A stretch of 62,657 nucleotides of DNA, the filler included, from Sluysia triapertura (lineage: Eukaryota), in assembly GCA_046118255.1 (NCBI GenBank). It is 5 parts of 5 records of this genome, joined end to end, with 100 filler letters (N's around TTAATTAATTAA, not from the genome) between each part and the next. Parts side by side here need not be neighbours in the genome. Positions count along the whole stretch, not along the records: positions 1 to 15,016 come from JBJNIA010241546.1; positions 15,117 to 26,790 come from JBJNIA010181361.1; 3 more parts are not named here. One strand, given 5' to 3'. The notes below the pieces were generated by a model that did no database searches, was not told the origin of the DNA, and saw nothing but the letters and a program-made list of their open reading frames with translations. Position 1 is the first letter of the stretch. Each line of letters starts with the position of its first letter. The translations under genes and the position numbers were made by a program. Of this stretch, positions 10,784 through 20,940 are shown in pieces.

Positions 10784-11624
10784 TTTTTAACTTTAGTTTT
10801 AATTATTTATTCAATTTTAGCGTTAAACTAACGTAAAACATCTATTTTTTAAAATCAAAATTAAAAAAAATTTTAACATTCTTTTTAATTAAATTATTTT
10901 AACATTTGTTTTAATCCCATGAAGGTCCGATTGAAAACTATAAAAGTACATAGCATTTTTCAACAAAAAACAGTTTGTTAAACCACAATAACATCTCTTT
11001 ATTATCTGGTTATAACTTTTATAAATTCGTTTCGAAAAAATCATTTGGATCAGGATACACTTCACTATTTTTCACATTCGATATTTTTTATAAAGTTTAC
11101 GTTAGTTTAATTATTATAATGGTGATACCTTAGCGTATCATTGGCAAAATCCCACGTAAATTCATTTTTATTAATTTTTTTATAATAAAATTTTTATTAT
11201 TAATTAACTCCCATAGTTAATTTGGTAAAATTATCTTATTAATATAAATTTATGTATATTTTTAACTTTTTGTATTAAAGAATAAACTATTAATAATTAT
11301 TTATGTTAATATCCTAACTTTTATATTTTTAACTATAAAATTAATCGCTGTATATGTTTTCAAAAGGTTAGAGTTTACTTCTAGCCACGTAAAATGAATT
11401 TAAAGATTCCATATAAAGGAATTTACGTAAAATCATTGAATAAACTTTATCATTAAGAAAAAGAATTTAATTAACATTTTTTAATTAACGTTAATAGATT
11501 TTAACTTTCCTTGAGATTTTCTTATAATTTATCAAATCTAACGGCTGGCCCTAACCGGTAAGCCCAGTACGATGGTGAACTCAAGCTAAACTTTCGATTT
11601 ATTCTATTCTCTACTTTTCTCACA
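10784..11624 (+). mobile_element. LTR, family A, copy 2 (5'-truncated or interrupted)
   Basis: Motif at 11534-11584, ends TTCTCACA; middle aligns with 39200-39700 and with the reverse complement of 23900-24360. Confidence 0.7.
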
Positions 11625-12109
11625 ATATATTATGACATAATATATTATAACCAACAGTAAGTGTATTAAATACGATAATTAAATGACTCAAAACTAAAAA
11701 ATAAAAATTGTACAATAATCAAAATTATTCAAAACTAAAAATAAAAAATTAAACAGTTAATTTATGATTAAAATCCTGGTGGGATCGTTAATTAATTCTC
11801 TTTAATTTTGAGTTGGAACTTTTCCCTCAGTATATTAGGATCCTTACAATAAAATAATATAATTTAGATTTTACATCTATTTTAAAATTCTGATTGTTAA
11901 AATCAAAATTCCATTATAATAAAATAATTTGCATGGAACGATAAGAAAAAAGTCGCTTTGACTGACTTGAAACTCTGAATTTTAAAAATGGCCGAACAAA
12001 GCAATTGAAAAGATAGAAATGACTCGAGTAGAAATGACTAGAAAATTGACCTGCAAATTAACAAATGGTTTCTTTATAATTAACTGTGGGTATTCATAGG
12101 CGAGTGGAA

Positions 12110-12142
12110 TTCTAGAATGTTCTAGAATATTCTAGAAACTTC
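12110..12142. promoter_or_regulatory. Perfect 7-unit heat-shock element (alternating nGAAn array)
   Basis: TTC-TA-GAA-TG-TTC-TA-GAA-TA-TTC-TA-GAA-AC-TTC; related arrays at 26997-27024 and 28964-28996. Confidence 0.55.
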
Positions 12143-12637
12143 TTTTCTATTTTTAGTAAGGAAATAATAAGTCAAATATAAAATTAGTTGAAAACAATAA
12201 CTTTAATGTAAAATTAAACAAGAAACTAACCATCTACCAAATCGTACGAATATTAAAATAAATGCAGAATTATGATCATAAAACTATTTTCTAAATAACA
12301 CTATTCTTAGAAACTATATTCTTATGCTCGCTTTTTATCACTTGCGACCAGTCTTACGGTCCAAGCTTACAAATTTTTTTGTTTATTTTAAATATATTTT
12401 ATTTATTTATTCACACCTCTCTGTAAAAGTATAAGTAATGAACATTTCTATTGTTTAGATATTTGACCACATGTGGTGACTGATCCCTATCCATTTGGAT
12501 CAGATCACAACAATTAAATGTTTGCCTTCTTTACATAGCAATTTTGTTCTAATCATTTTAGTTAAGTTTAATTTCGTATATTTTGTGTAATGTAATGAAT
12601 TTTATTATTAATATTATCGTATTATATTTTTTGGTTA

Positions 12638-12983
12638 TGCAACAGTTTTATACTAAAAATACTTAAATTCTTATACTTACAAAATAACTGAGGGTCGATT
12701 CGCCTAATATACACGGTTTATATCAGTGCTGAAGATTTTTATTAGGATTTTTCAAAAAAACTACGAAGGAATTAAACTTAAGCAAAGCTATGCAGAATTC
12801 GTGGGTTAGTCTTATTATTTTATCTTATTGATTTAATTCTTCACTACTCGTTGAATTATTTAGGTTAAATTTCACTAGTTTCAAAATTATAAATCGCACT
12901 AGCTTTTTTAAGGTCTAGTATTAAAATAGAATGATTTTATAATTCACAAATTAAAAATGTTCTCAAGAACGAACTTATATTAC
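12638..12983 (-). mobile_element. LTR, family B, inverted 3' portion
   Basis: Reverse complement contains CTAGACCTTAAAAAAGCTAG, CCTAATA..CTTCAG..TATTAGGCGAA, and ends ATAAAACTGTTGCA. Confidence 0.55.
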
Positions 12984-13995
12984 TGTGATAATGTACTTAT
13001 TTGGAACTTTGTGTTTTGATTATGACTGAAATTTTTAATTTAACTCTATTTTAACTAAGTATTTCTGATTTTATTTTTAATTTTATTATAATTTTTGATT
13101 TTATTTTAAATTCTTATATCATAAGAAAATAAAAATGTTTCAAATAAATAAAATATTTTATTAAATTAAAATTTAAAAAATTAAATTATAAATTAAATAA
13201 ATAATGTTTTAAGTAGCAAAAAAATATTTTGACATTTGTTTAAATACATTAAAAATATAGTTATTTAAAAAAGAAAATAAACAAATATGGTGACTGAAAA
13301 TTTACTATTTATGTGTTAAATCTTTCGTAAAATTTTCAGAAATCATATCCTAATAAAAAGAAAATTTAATCATCGACAATTATGCAAAATCAATCCATGA
13401 TAAAAGTAAGATTTTTCTGCCTAGGTTTAACTATTCTCACCGTAAACGGGAGAATATAAAATTGACTCAAAATAATTAATCTTTCACTTATACCGCAAAT
13501 GGCTAAGTTAATTTACACTTAAATTAATTACACTAAATCAATATATATAAGTGTTAAATTGCATGTATTCATTATACTTTAAAATTTTGTTTTTGTCATT
13601 TTTATAATCATTTATTAATATGCCTTAAGTTCTTTCGTCTTTGTTTATTAAATAAATAAAATACGTTTTGTTTCCCGCTAGATCGTAATAAGGCTATCTA
13701 AATTTCGTAAAATATAAAATTTAATTAGACCGTAAAGGCTAATTTAAAATACGAATTTAAAGTTAGACCGTAAAAAGGCTAACTCAAATATTGTAAATTA
13801 TTCAATTTTGATAATTGTATTCAGTTGAATACGTAACTAATTAATTAAAATCACGTGGCAAATCATAGTTACTTTTAGTACCACTACGTGACTAACTTTG
13901 AATACATAATAGACCGCCTTCGATAAGACGTTTCTGTTAGGTGGACTCGTCTCCAGAATTACTATTTTGCACTTCGTAGATAAAAACTTATCATA
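12984..13995 (+). mobile_element. LTR, family B, copy 2 (about 1.0 kb)
   Basis: TGTGATAA...TTATCATA termini; hairpins at 13678, 13725 and 13763; CTACGTGACTAA and the 3' motif. No clean TSD. Confidence 0.7.
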
Positions 13996-14739
13996 CTCAA
14001 AAATACTTATGTTGCAACTCTGTACTTATAATAGTAGCAAATTAATCCAAACCTCAATAATTAGTCACTAAATTCAATATAAAATTATCACAAATTTCCT
14101 TATTTCGTTAATGTTATTTCTTCAACCTAAAGATTAAGTTTTTTAATAAAATAAGCAACAATTCAATAATTTAATGATTACAAAAAATCAAATACAAATT
14201 ACATTTATAAACCTTTACTAAACAACAATAAAATGACAGGATTAACAATAACGTTAATAATAGTATTGTAAATTGTACTATAAAGTTTTATAAAGCGTTG
14301 TAAATAATAAAAGTTTTATAAATATTATATAAAAGTTTAATAAATATTTTTACGTAAATATGCAAAATTTGTAAAATAATAAAAAATTATTAAAAATTAT
14401 TTATTTTAAAAATTTTAGATTGATAATTAATTTTATAATTAAAGGAAATTGTCTATTTATTGTTTACATTATTTTTCAATATTTAGGAAGTTATAATCAT
14501 TTATAATTGTTTATTCTTTAATATTTATAAAGGAAGTTATAATTATTTACGTCATTTATTATTAATTATTTATATAAATTTGAAAAACGACTAATATTTA
14601 TCAAATAAATAACTGAATTATTAAAGGAAATAAGCACGAGTATATAAAGTAAGGTATTGAGAAAAAATTTACAATAATTAAAGGAATTTTGGTTAAAAAT
14701 CTAGATTAGTGTATTAAAGATTAGCTTATTGAATTGTTT

Positions 14740-14912
14740 GGATTTCAAGAAAGATATTTGGCTGTTCAAGTGGATTGTCGATTAATTAGATTTCAAAAAG
14801 ATATTTGGTTGTTCAAGTGGATTGTCGATTATTTGGATTTCAAGAGCAAAATATTCTGTTACTCAAGTGAACTATCGATTGATTGGATTTTCCAGAAGAA
14901 TATTTGGTTGCA
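14740..14912. repeat. Tandem repeat, about 47-50 bp x 3.5
   Basis: Unit approximately GGATTTCAAGAAAGATATTTGGCTGTTCAAGTGGATTGTCGATTAATT. Confidence 0.8.
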
Positions 14913-15016
14913 GAATTAACGGATTGCTGGAATAGATTAATTATCAACTTTTGTACTAAGTAAGCTTATTTCCTATAAGTTGCGACCCTAATAAAAGCGG
15001 TCTTAAAATCCACGTA

Positions 15017-15116
15017 NNNNNNNNNNNNNNNNNNNNNNNNNNNNNNNNNNNNNNNNNNNNTTAATTAATTAANNNNNNNNNNNNNNNNNNNNNNNNNNNN
15101 NNNNNNNNNNNNNNNN
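15017..15116. other. Assembly gap with all-frame-stop spacer (also 26791-26890, 38811-38910, 51669-51768)
   Basis: N-run, TTAATTAATTAA, N-run; identical four times. Confidence 0.95.
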
Positions 15117-15507
15117 TAATATACCTTGTAAATTTTAATTTTTATTATTGAATTAAATTTAACTTTTATAGTTATAAATTACAGAAAAATCTCACGACAG
15201 TTAAAAAAACTTTTGCTAGAGTATAGATCTAACCTTGTAATATAATCATTTCGATCCTATTTCACAGCATCAGCGAAAAATCATATTTAAATCTTTAAAT
15301 AATTTTTAATTATTAAATTAATATATAATATTTGAAATAATTAACGCATATCTAAGAAAACCTAATCATTTTTCACTTGACCTCCACTACTTTTTTCTTT
15401 ACGCAAAATCCAACGGCTAGCCCTCGCTGGTAAGTCCAGTACATTGGTGAACTCACAGCTTTAAATTAACCTTTATTCTATTAACGTTTAACTTCAACCT
15501 TCTCACA
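15117..15507 (+). mobile_element. LTR, family A, copy 3; putative 5' LTR of element copy 1
   Basis: Motif at 15406-15457; ends TTCTCACA about 40 bp before the gag ATG. Confidence 0.65.
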
Positions 15508-15546
15508 GTATTGTACGACGACTAAAGAGTAAAATTAAGAAATTAA

Positions 15547-15830
15547 ATGGCATTACCTAACGATTTCAGTTAGTAAAAGATATAAATCCCTTATATACCT
15601 TACCAGAAATGAGATGATTTAACGGAGCAGAGGAAAACATCTGCACTTTTCTTTTCGAATATGAAAGTATCGCAGAAGCAAACGACTGGAATGAAATTGA
15701 GAAAATTCAGAGAATAAAAAACTATTTAATTCAAACTTGTAAGGAAATAAGTAATAATGATAAGCAATCTTGGAATGCATTTGTAAACACTTTTACCGAG
15801 GAGATAGGCTTCGATGTCATGGCAAAATAT
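15547..15830 (+). pseudogene. gag: gag (capsid N-terminal part)
   Basis: FNGAEENICTFLFEYESIAEANDWNEIEKIQRIKNYL..SWNAFVNTF, a typical Ty3/gypsy capsid pattern; stops and a frameshift. Confidence 0.75.
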
Positions 15831-16497
15831 TGCGAGAAAGGTATAGAATAAAATAACGATTAGATTAAAAGCTTGAGTCCACCAACGTACTGGACTTACC
15901 TGCTAGGGCTAGCCGTTGGATTTCTATAAGATAAGTGCAAAAATAAAAGTTTGCTTTCTAGAATTAAATTCTAGGTTTTTGAAAACAATAATCAGTGAAA
16001 TTTTAATAGATTTTACGACTATTTAAGTTAAAAAATAATGATCCAAAAATTCATTTATTGAATATAAAAGTGACAAAATAATAATAGAATAAAATATTAC
16101 TTTAATTAACTGTTATTTGTTAATTATATCTAAATTAAATTTATTGCAGACTTTTCCTTGGATCTTTATAAGATCCAAATTGTAATTATATAAGATCCAA
16201 ATTGTAATTATATAAGATCCAAATTGTAATTATATAAGATCCAAATTGTAATTATATAAGATTTTAAGTGTATTTTACTAATGATATTAGATTATATCGA
16301 AAAACTTATAAATAATTAAACTAACGTTACTAAATCAATTGTTATATAAAACTGTCTTTAATCTTGATCCAAAAAAATGCTTCTGATTTATACCAAACCT
16401 TCAATCGGCTACACGAATCTTGTTTTTGGAATAAGAATTTTAAAAAAATTTGTTGTGATGAATAAAATATCAAGGAATTTATTTATCTGAAAAGACA
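15831..16497 (-). mobile_element. LTR, family A, inverted, between gag and env (right end approximate)
   Basis: Inverted motif at 15870-15923; terminus TGCGAGAAAG; contains a 22-bp x4 tandem repeat (16168-16262). Confidence 0.6.
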
Positions 16498-16899
16498 GTA
16501 TTACAAGCAAAGAAAGGAATAGATACAAAAAAATTAAAATTGGATACATATTTTAATAATAGAATCGATTTAGGACTACTGTCATTAGAAAAAGTCTACC
16601 AAGCAATGATAGCTAGAGACTGTCAATTAAACAAAGAAATACTTAGAACCAAATTAGTGGTAGCAATAACCAACCCAGACATAGTAACACCATTACTTCC
16701 TTTAGAAGAAGGAGTCTTTGATAGATTAATGGGTGAGGTTTTATATACTTATAAATGCAAAAAAGTGGAAGTACAAATCAGGCAAGAAAATGAATGTACT
16801 AATGAATTGCCAGTAATATACGAAAATCAAAACACCGGTAACAAGAATAATTAAGCCAACAAATAAATTAAAGCCAAAAACTTTACACTGTTCTAAAGT
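16498..16899 (+). pseudogene. env: Chuvirus-type glycoprotein (env), segment 1
   Basis: DCQLNKEILRTKLVVAITNPD..GEVLYTYKCKKVEVQIRQENECTNELPVIYEN..PVTRII..CSK matches the C.L.K..L...PD / GEV....KC..VEV.IR....C..ELPV pattern of chuviral G. Confidence 0.8.
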
Positions 16900-17239
16900 C
16901 GTGGTGGTACAGCCTCATAGATCACGTACACTACCCTTACTTTAATCAAGAATCACACAAACTTCAGTACAAAAATCACACTAAAATAAAGTACAGTTGT
17001 AATCTTTACATTATTACACCTTTCATCACTAACAAAACATAGACGTATAATAAACTCTAACATTTTTTAATATTCTGTTTATTGATATAGAAGTAACCAT
17101 TGTCGTCACGTCAACACCACTCCTTTAGTATATCCTTTTTATACAGAATTATAGTAAATGATTTATACATCGTGTAATATTTTATATTCAAGATTTATAC
17201 AGTACTTTTGCAAAGACATTTCAAGCAATTTCTTTCTCA

Positions 17240-17690
17240 AACGATCTTTCCTCGCATGTTTGCGTAGAAAATAAATAGTAATTCCTGTTCGCGGTATCAA
17301 CTGTGACCACTTACAATGTTTTGATGCAAACTTATATTTACAAATGAACGAACGTCGTGCTGTTTGGAAGTGTCCACTTTGTGATAATTCAGCAACGTTG
17401 TCAGAATTGTTTGTTGATGAATTTTTTGTACTAATTCTAAAAAATTGAGTACAACGAGGAAGCGACTGAAGTAAACGCAAATTCTGATTGCAGTTTTATA
17501 CCAGTCATTCAAAAAAATAAAGGTAACAGAAAGAGTGACACGTTTAACCTGTGCTTGATCGTGAAGAAACAATGGCTGAAAAGGTGCAAATAGTAATGAA
17601 TCGAAATTAGAATCTGTTATAAGTTTAGATAGTGACGAAGAATCTGAAGATAATGTCGATACGTCTACAAATCAAGAAGACATAGTTATT
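17240..17690 (+). pseudogene. PIAS: PIAS-type SUMO E3 ligase fragment: SP-RING (zf-MIZ) plus SIM/acidic tract, intronless
   Basis: IPVRGINCDHLQCFDANLYLQMNERRAVWKCPLCD..LFVDEFF..IL, then VISLDSDEESED; contains stops. Confidence 0.85.
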
Positions 17691-18246
17691 AAACAAGATT
17701 CAGTGTTAAATGTTTTTAAAATATGATGATATTTTTAATAGCATGTTCAATGTGTTCATTCAATTCTAATTCTATTTCACTTTCAGTATCCCAATTATAA
17801 AAGAGTAATTTTGTTCTAATTATTAACAATTCAATTACATGTGTCACTGTGCGTTGCACAACTCATTTTTATTTTTTGTAAGTTTATGATCTCCGTCTAG
17901 TTTGCAACTTTTCATTAATTTAACATTTATTTCTAATTAAATCTGATGATTATGGAGCTTCCTCGAATTACATATATGTTTAACTAGTTTTGAATTATTT
18001 CCTTAATTTCATTGTTAATGCGTCAGAGTGGACAGAATTTATTCGGAGTACGTTTTCGAGTTAACTCATTTTTGTGCCGTTATTTCATTAATTACGTATT
18101 TATGTATCCTTTCTTGTTTATTTTTACTGATTTTTTAAATGGACCAAAATAAAACGAAGAATCCATAAAAAATGGTTTAGTTTTAATAATTCGAGATAAT
18201 AACAAAGTTTAACTTCGGAATCTATATATCATAAAATTGTCAATAA

Positions 18247-19030
18247 ATGCTCATTTGTGGAATAATCTATAAAAATATGAATTCTTATTGGTACTTTTTC
18301 TCCTTTTTACGTTTTCATTATAAATTTGCGTCAACTCGAATTAAAAACCTAGATTTTTTAAAAAGACAGGATCCTGACCAAAGAAAAGATATGACCAAGC
18401 AAAAAGTTAAAATTAATGAAACTTTAGTCAGTATGAAAGATTTCAAAATTCCTAACTTTGAGTTACCGCATCAAATGAATAATGCTAGTTTGGAAGTATT
18501 ACGTTGTAATGCGACTCGTTCATTCCAAATAACTATGAGTAATTATAAAATATTCATAATATCACCTAATTCAGATCAATCGAATAAAGAACTATTTTTA
18601 AGTCAATTTCCACAAATTGACTTAAATACATTCGAACCATTATTTTCTATGAAGTGTCTGCATGACCATGTTGTTGATGGGATGCAATCGATTATCAAAA
18701 GTTGTAGATCGAGTTGGTCTATTTATTCAAATGATTATTTGTATATATACAAGATTTGAAGTATGAGCAGTGTGATCCAAAAGGCGTATGGAAATTGCGT
18801 GTAGTTGGATACCTAACTGATTGTTTAAATTCAAAATTGCAAACGAAAATGTTAGAAATTCAACGTCAAGTTTATGTATTCATGCAGAATCGTAATGATG
18901 AGTATTCTATTAGACAGGGAATATAGTTTTGGAGATCAACATGGTTTAAGAGTGGATGGAATCTTAGCGCTGGATAAATACACTGGTTTAAGGTTTGGAA
19001 CTTGTCTTGATGAATTGCTGCAGGCAATGA
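18247..19030 (+). pseudogene. Second cargo ORF, unknown (weak Ulp1/C48-like resemblance)
   Basis: 170-aa open frame continuing in shifted frames; LFSMKCLHDHVVDG and a later IHWF. Confidence 0.3.
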
Positions 19031-19321
19031 CGTGAGACGAACCTACAATAAATTTTTATTACGGAATATTTGTTAAACCTATTTACAATTTTATTTAGTG
19101 TATCAACAATGACTACCATTTTATGTAATAAAATCAATCGGTGTTATTTTTATTTTGTTCACCCTCTAAGACAAATACTAAGTATCTTTAAGTGCCTTAA
19201 GCACAAAATTGTTAATGAAGATTGTCTATACAATCAAGATTTTAAATGCAATGAGAAATTTTATGATCTTTTTAAGAGTTTTTTGAATTTTAATAATAAA
19301 AATATTAAACATTACAAAAAA

Positions 19322-19789
19322 CATGGCTCCAGAATATAAAATCGATGATAATCTTATAGATATCTTTACCACACAGAAGTCATGTTAAAACTCCAGAAAT
19401 TATAGGTTTGGCCGAATTAGAAACAAAGTTAAAATTTTAAGCTACAAAAAATATTCCAAGATCAGGAATTTTTTCTAATGAAGATATACAAGCAACTTGG
19501 CATGAAATATTATTCCCTATTAAGAGATCAAAAGTACTCACAGATATAGTCGATAAGGCAATTACAGAAAAAGATGGTAAGGTCAATTTTGAATTATTAT
19601 TAGGACTTGATCATTTCAAGAAAGCGTCACATAATACTTTAAAACAACTATGGGGAAACTTTTTAGTAATAGGTCAAACTTTTTCAAGATTAATAGTTAT
19701 ATATGTAATAATTAAAGTCACTGCTCTTATAATATCTCAAATATTTTCAGTAGTAGGTATTTATAAAATATCGAGATTTACATGGAAAT
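19322..19789 (+). pseudogene. env: Chuvirus-type glycoprotein (env), segment 2 with C-terminal hydrophobic anchors
   Basis: MAPEYKI..SGIFSNEDIQATWHEILFPIKRSKVLTDIV..LWGNFLVIGQTFSRLIVIYVII..GIYKISRFTWK. Confidence 0.85.
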
Positions 19790-20792
19790 TGTGAGAACAC
19801 TAAATCTTTGACTAAATTTTTTGATTATAATTTTTTATGTGTCTTATTTTATTTATTATTTTATTATTGAATTTTATATTTTATCATTCATTTATTTTAA
19901 ATCTCATATTAATTATTATAAAGATATTTTATAAATTAAATAAATTAAAATTTTATTAAAGTTTTAAAATTATAAATATTTTATTTTAAAAAATTAAATT
20001 CTTAAAGAAATTAAAATTTTAAAATTATAGATATTTTTATTTTATTAAAATTATTAATATTTTTATTTTGTTTAAAATAATCAAATTGAATATATGAATA
20101 TGAAATAAACGAATATGGCGGCTATAAATTTAGTATAGAAATGCTGAATTTTTAGCAGCCATATTAACAAGAAAACATTTTTAATCATCGAAAATTAAAA
20201 TACCAGAAGATATTGCAGTTTATGTTCCATGAAAGTAAGATTGTTTTCTTGTGTTTTTGAAATTCTTACTGTAACTAGGAAAACTTAAAATATTTAAACT
20301 ATAGTTTTGTTTTCCATCTTAGACCTTAATAAGGCTAAGTTAATTTTATCGATAAAATCACAATTCGCTAAATTTCATTTAAGCGGTAAAATCATTATTA
20401 TTATACATTAAATTTTGTTAAGTTATTGTTTAATTGTTATATTAATTTAACTTGTATACTATTGTAGTAAAAATATACCGTACGTTCTTGTTTCATGTAT
20501 TTTATTTTTAAAAATCATTTGTAATTTCACTAGACCATAAAAAGGCTAGCTTAACCTTTAAAATACATAATACTTTTGTTAGACAGTAAAAAGGTTAACT
20601 TAAAATATAATTTTAATTCGAATGTATTTGTCATAAATAAATATTACTTGATCGATCTTAAAAGTCCTACAAACCCCTACGTGACTAAATTTTAAAGCCT
20701 TCGTTCAGATTTAAGTTGTATTTATTAGGTGAACTAACCTCCAGAATCTTTTTGAAAGCACAAGTTAAGCTTTCTTAAATAAAACACTTGCA
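19790..20792 (+). mobile_element. Solo LTR, family B (1003 bp), 4-bp TSD AAAT
   Basis: TGTGAG...CTTGCA; AAAT at 19786-89 and 20793-96; excision restores WKLLIGCFPF, matching uninterrupted [10 protein letters not shown] at 48123-48094 (-). Confidence 0.9.
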
Positions 20793-20940
20793 AAATTATT
20801 AATTGGCTGTTTTCCATTTGTAGCTAAATTTCTATTACATCAGCACGCTCATGTTCAATTAAATTCTTTAAAAAAGAAAAGAAATTGAAGAAATAGCGTT
20901 ACAAACAATTAATATTGAACAAGTTAATGATGAAAAAGAA
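20793..20940 (+). pseudogene. env: env C-terminal tail / linker to protease
   Basis: KLLIGCFPFVAKFLLHQHAHVQLNSLK then EIEEIALQ, homologous to copy 2. Confidence 0.7.

Larger units (their letters stand above)
16900..19316 (+). mobile_element. Family C insertion (2.4 kb) splitting env and carrying cargo
   Basis: (T>C)GTGGTG...CATTACA termini; degenerate 5-bp TSD AAAGT/AAAAA; removal restores CSKVMAPEYKI. Confidence 0.7.

Noticed and set aside
11534-11584. Resemblance of the family A motif to twister, pistol or HDV ribozymes
   Set aside because: Lacks the twister GAGGG partner, the pistol same-strand pseudoknot pair and room for HDV P2/P3; kept only as an unclassified structure.
15061-15072. 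TTAATTAATTAA inside N-runs, four times
   Set aside because: Artificial scaffold spacer, not biology.
16168-16262. Short repeat arrays (here and 14740-14912) as CRISPR
   Set aside because: Head-to-tail units without unique spacers, no cas genes, eukaryotic context.
16898-16905. Helitron 5' TC end for the PIAS-carrying insertion
   Set aside because: No 3' hairpin-CTRR; TG...CA termini with a 5-bp TSD fit better.
17163-17572. Minus-strand ORFs here, and at 20994-21323, 22088-22366, 23250-23547, 52604-53200
   Set aside because: Antisense shadows of the PIAS, pol and transposase pseudogenes.
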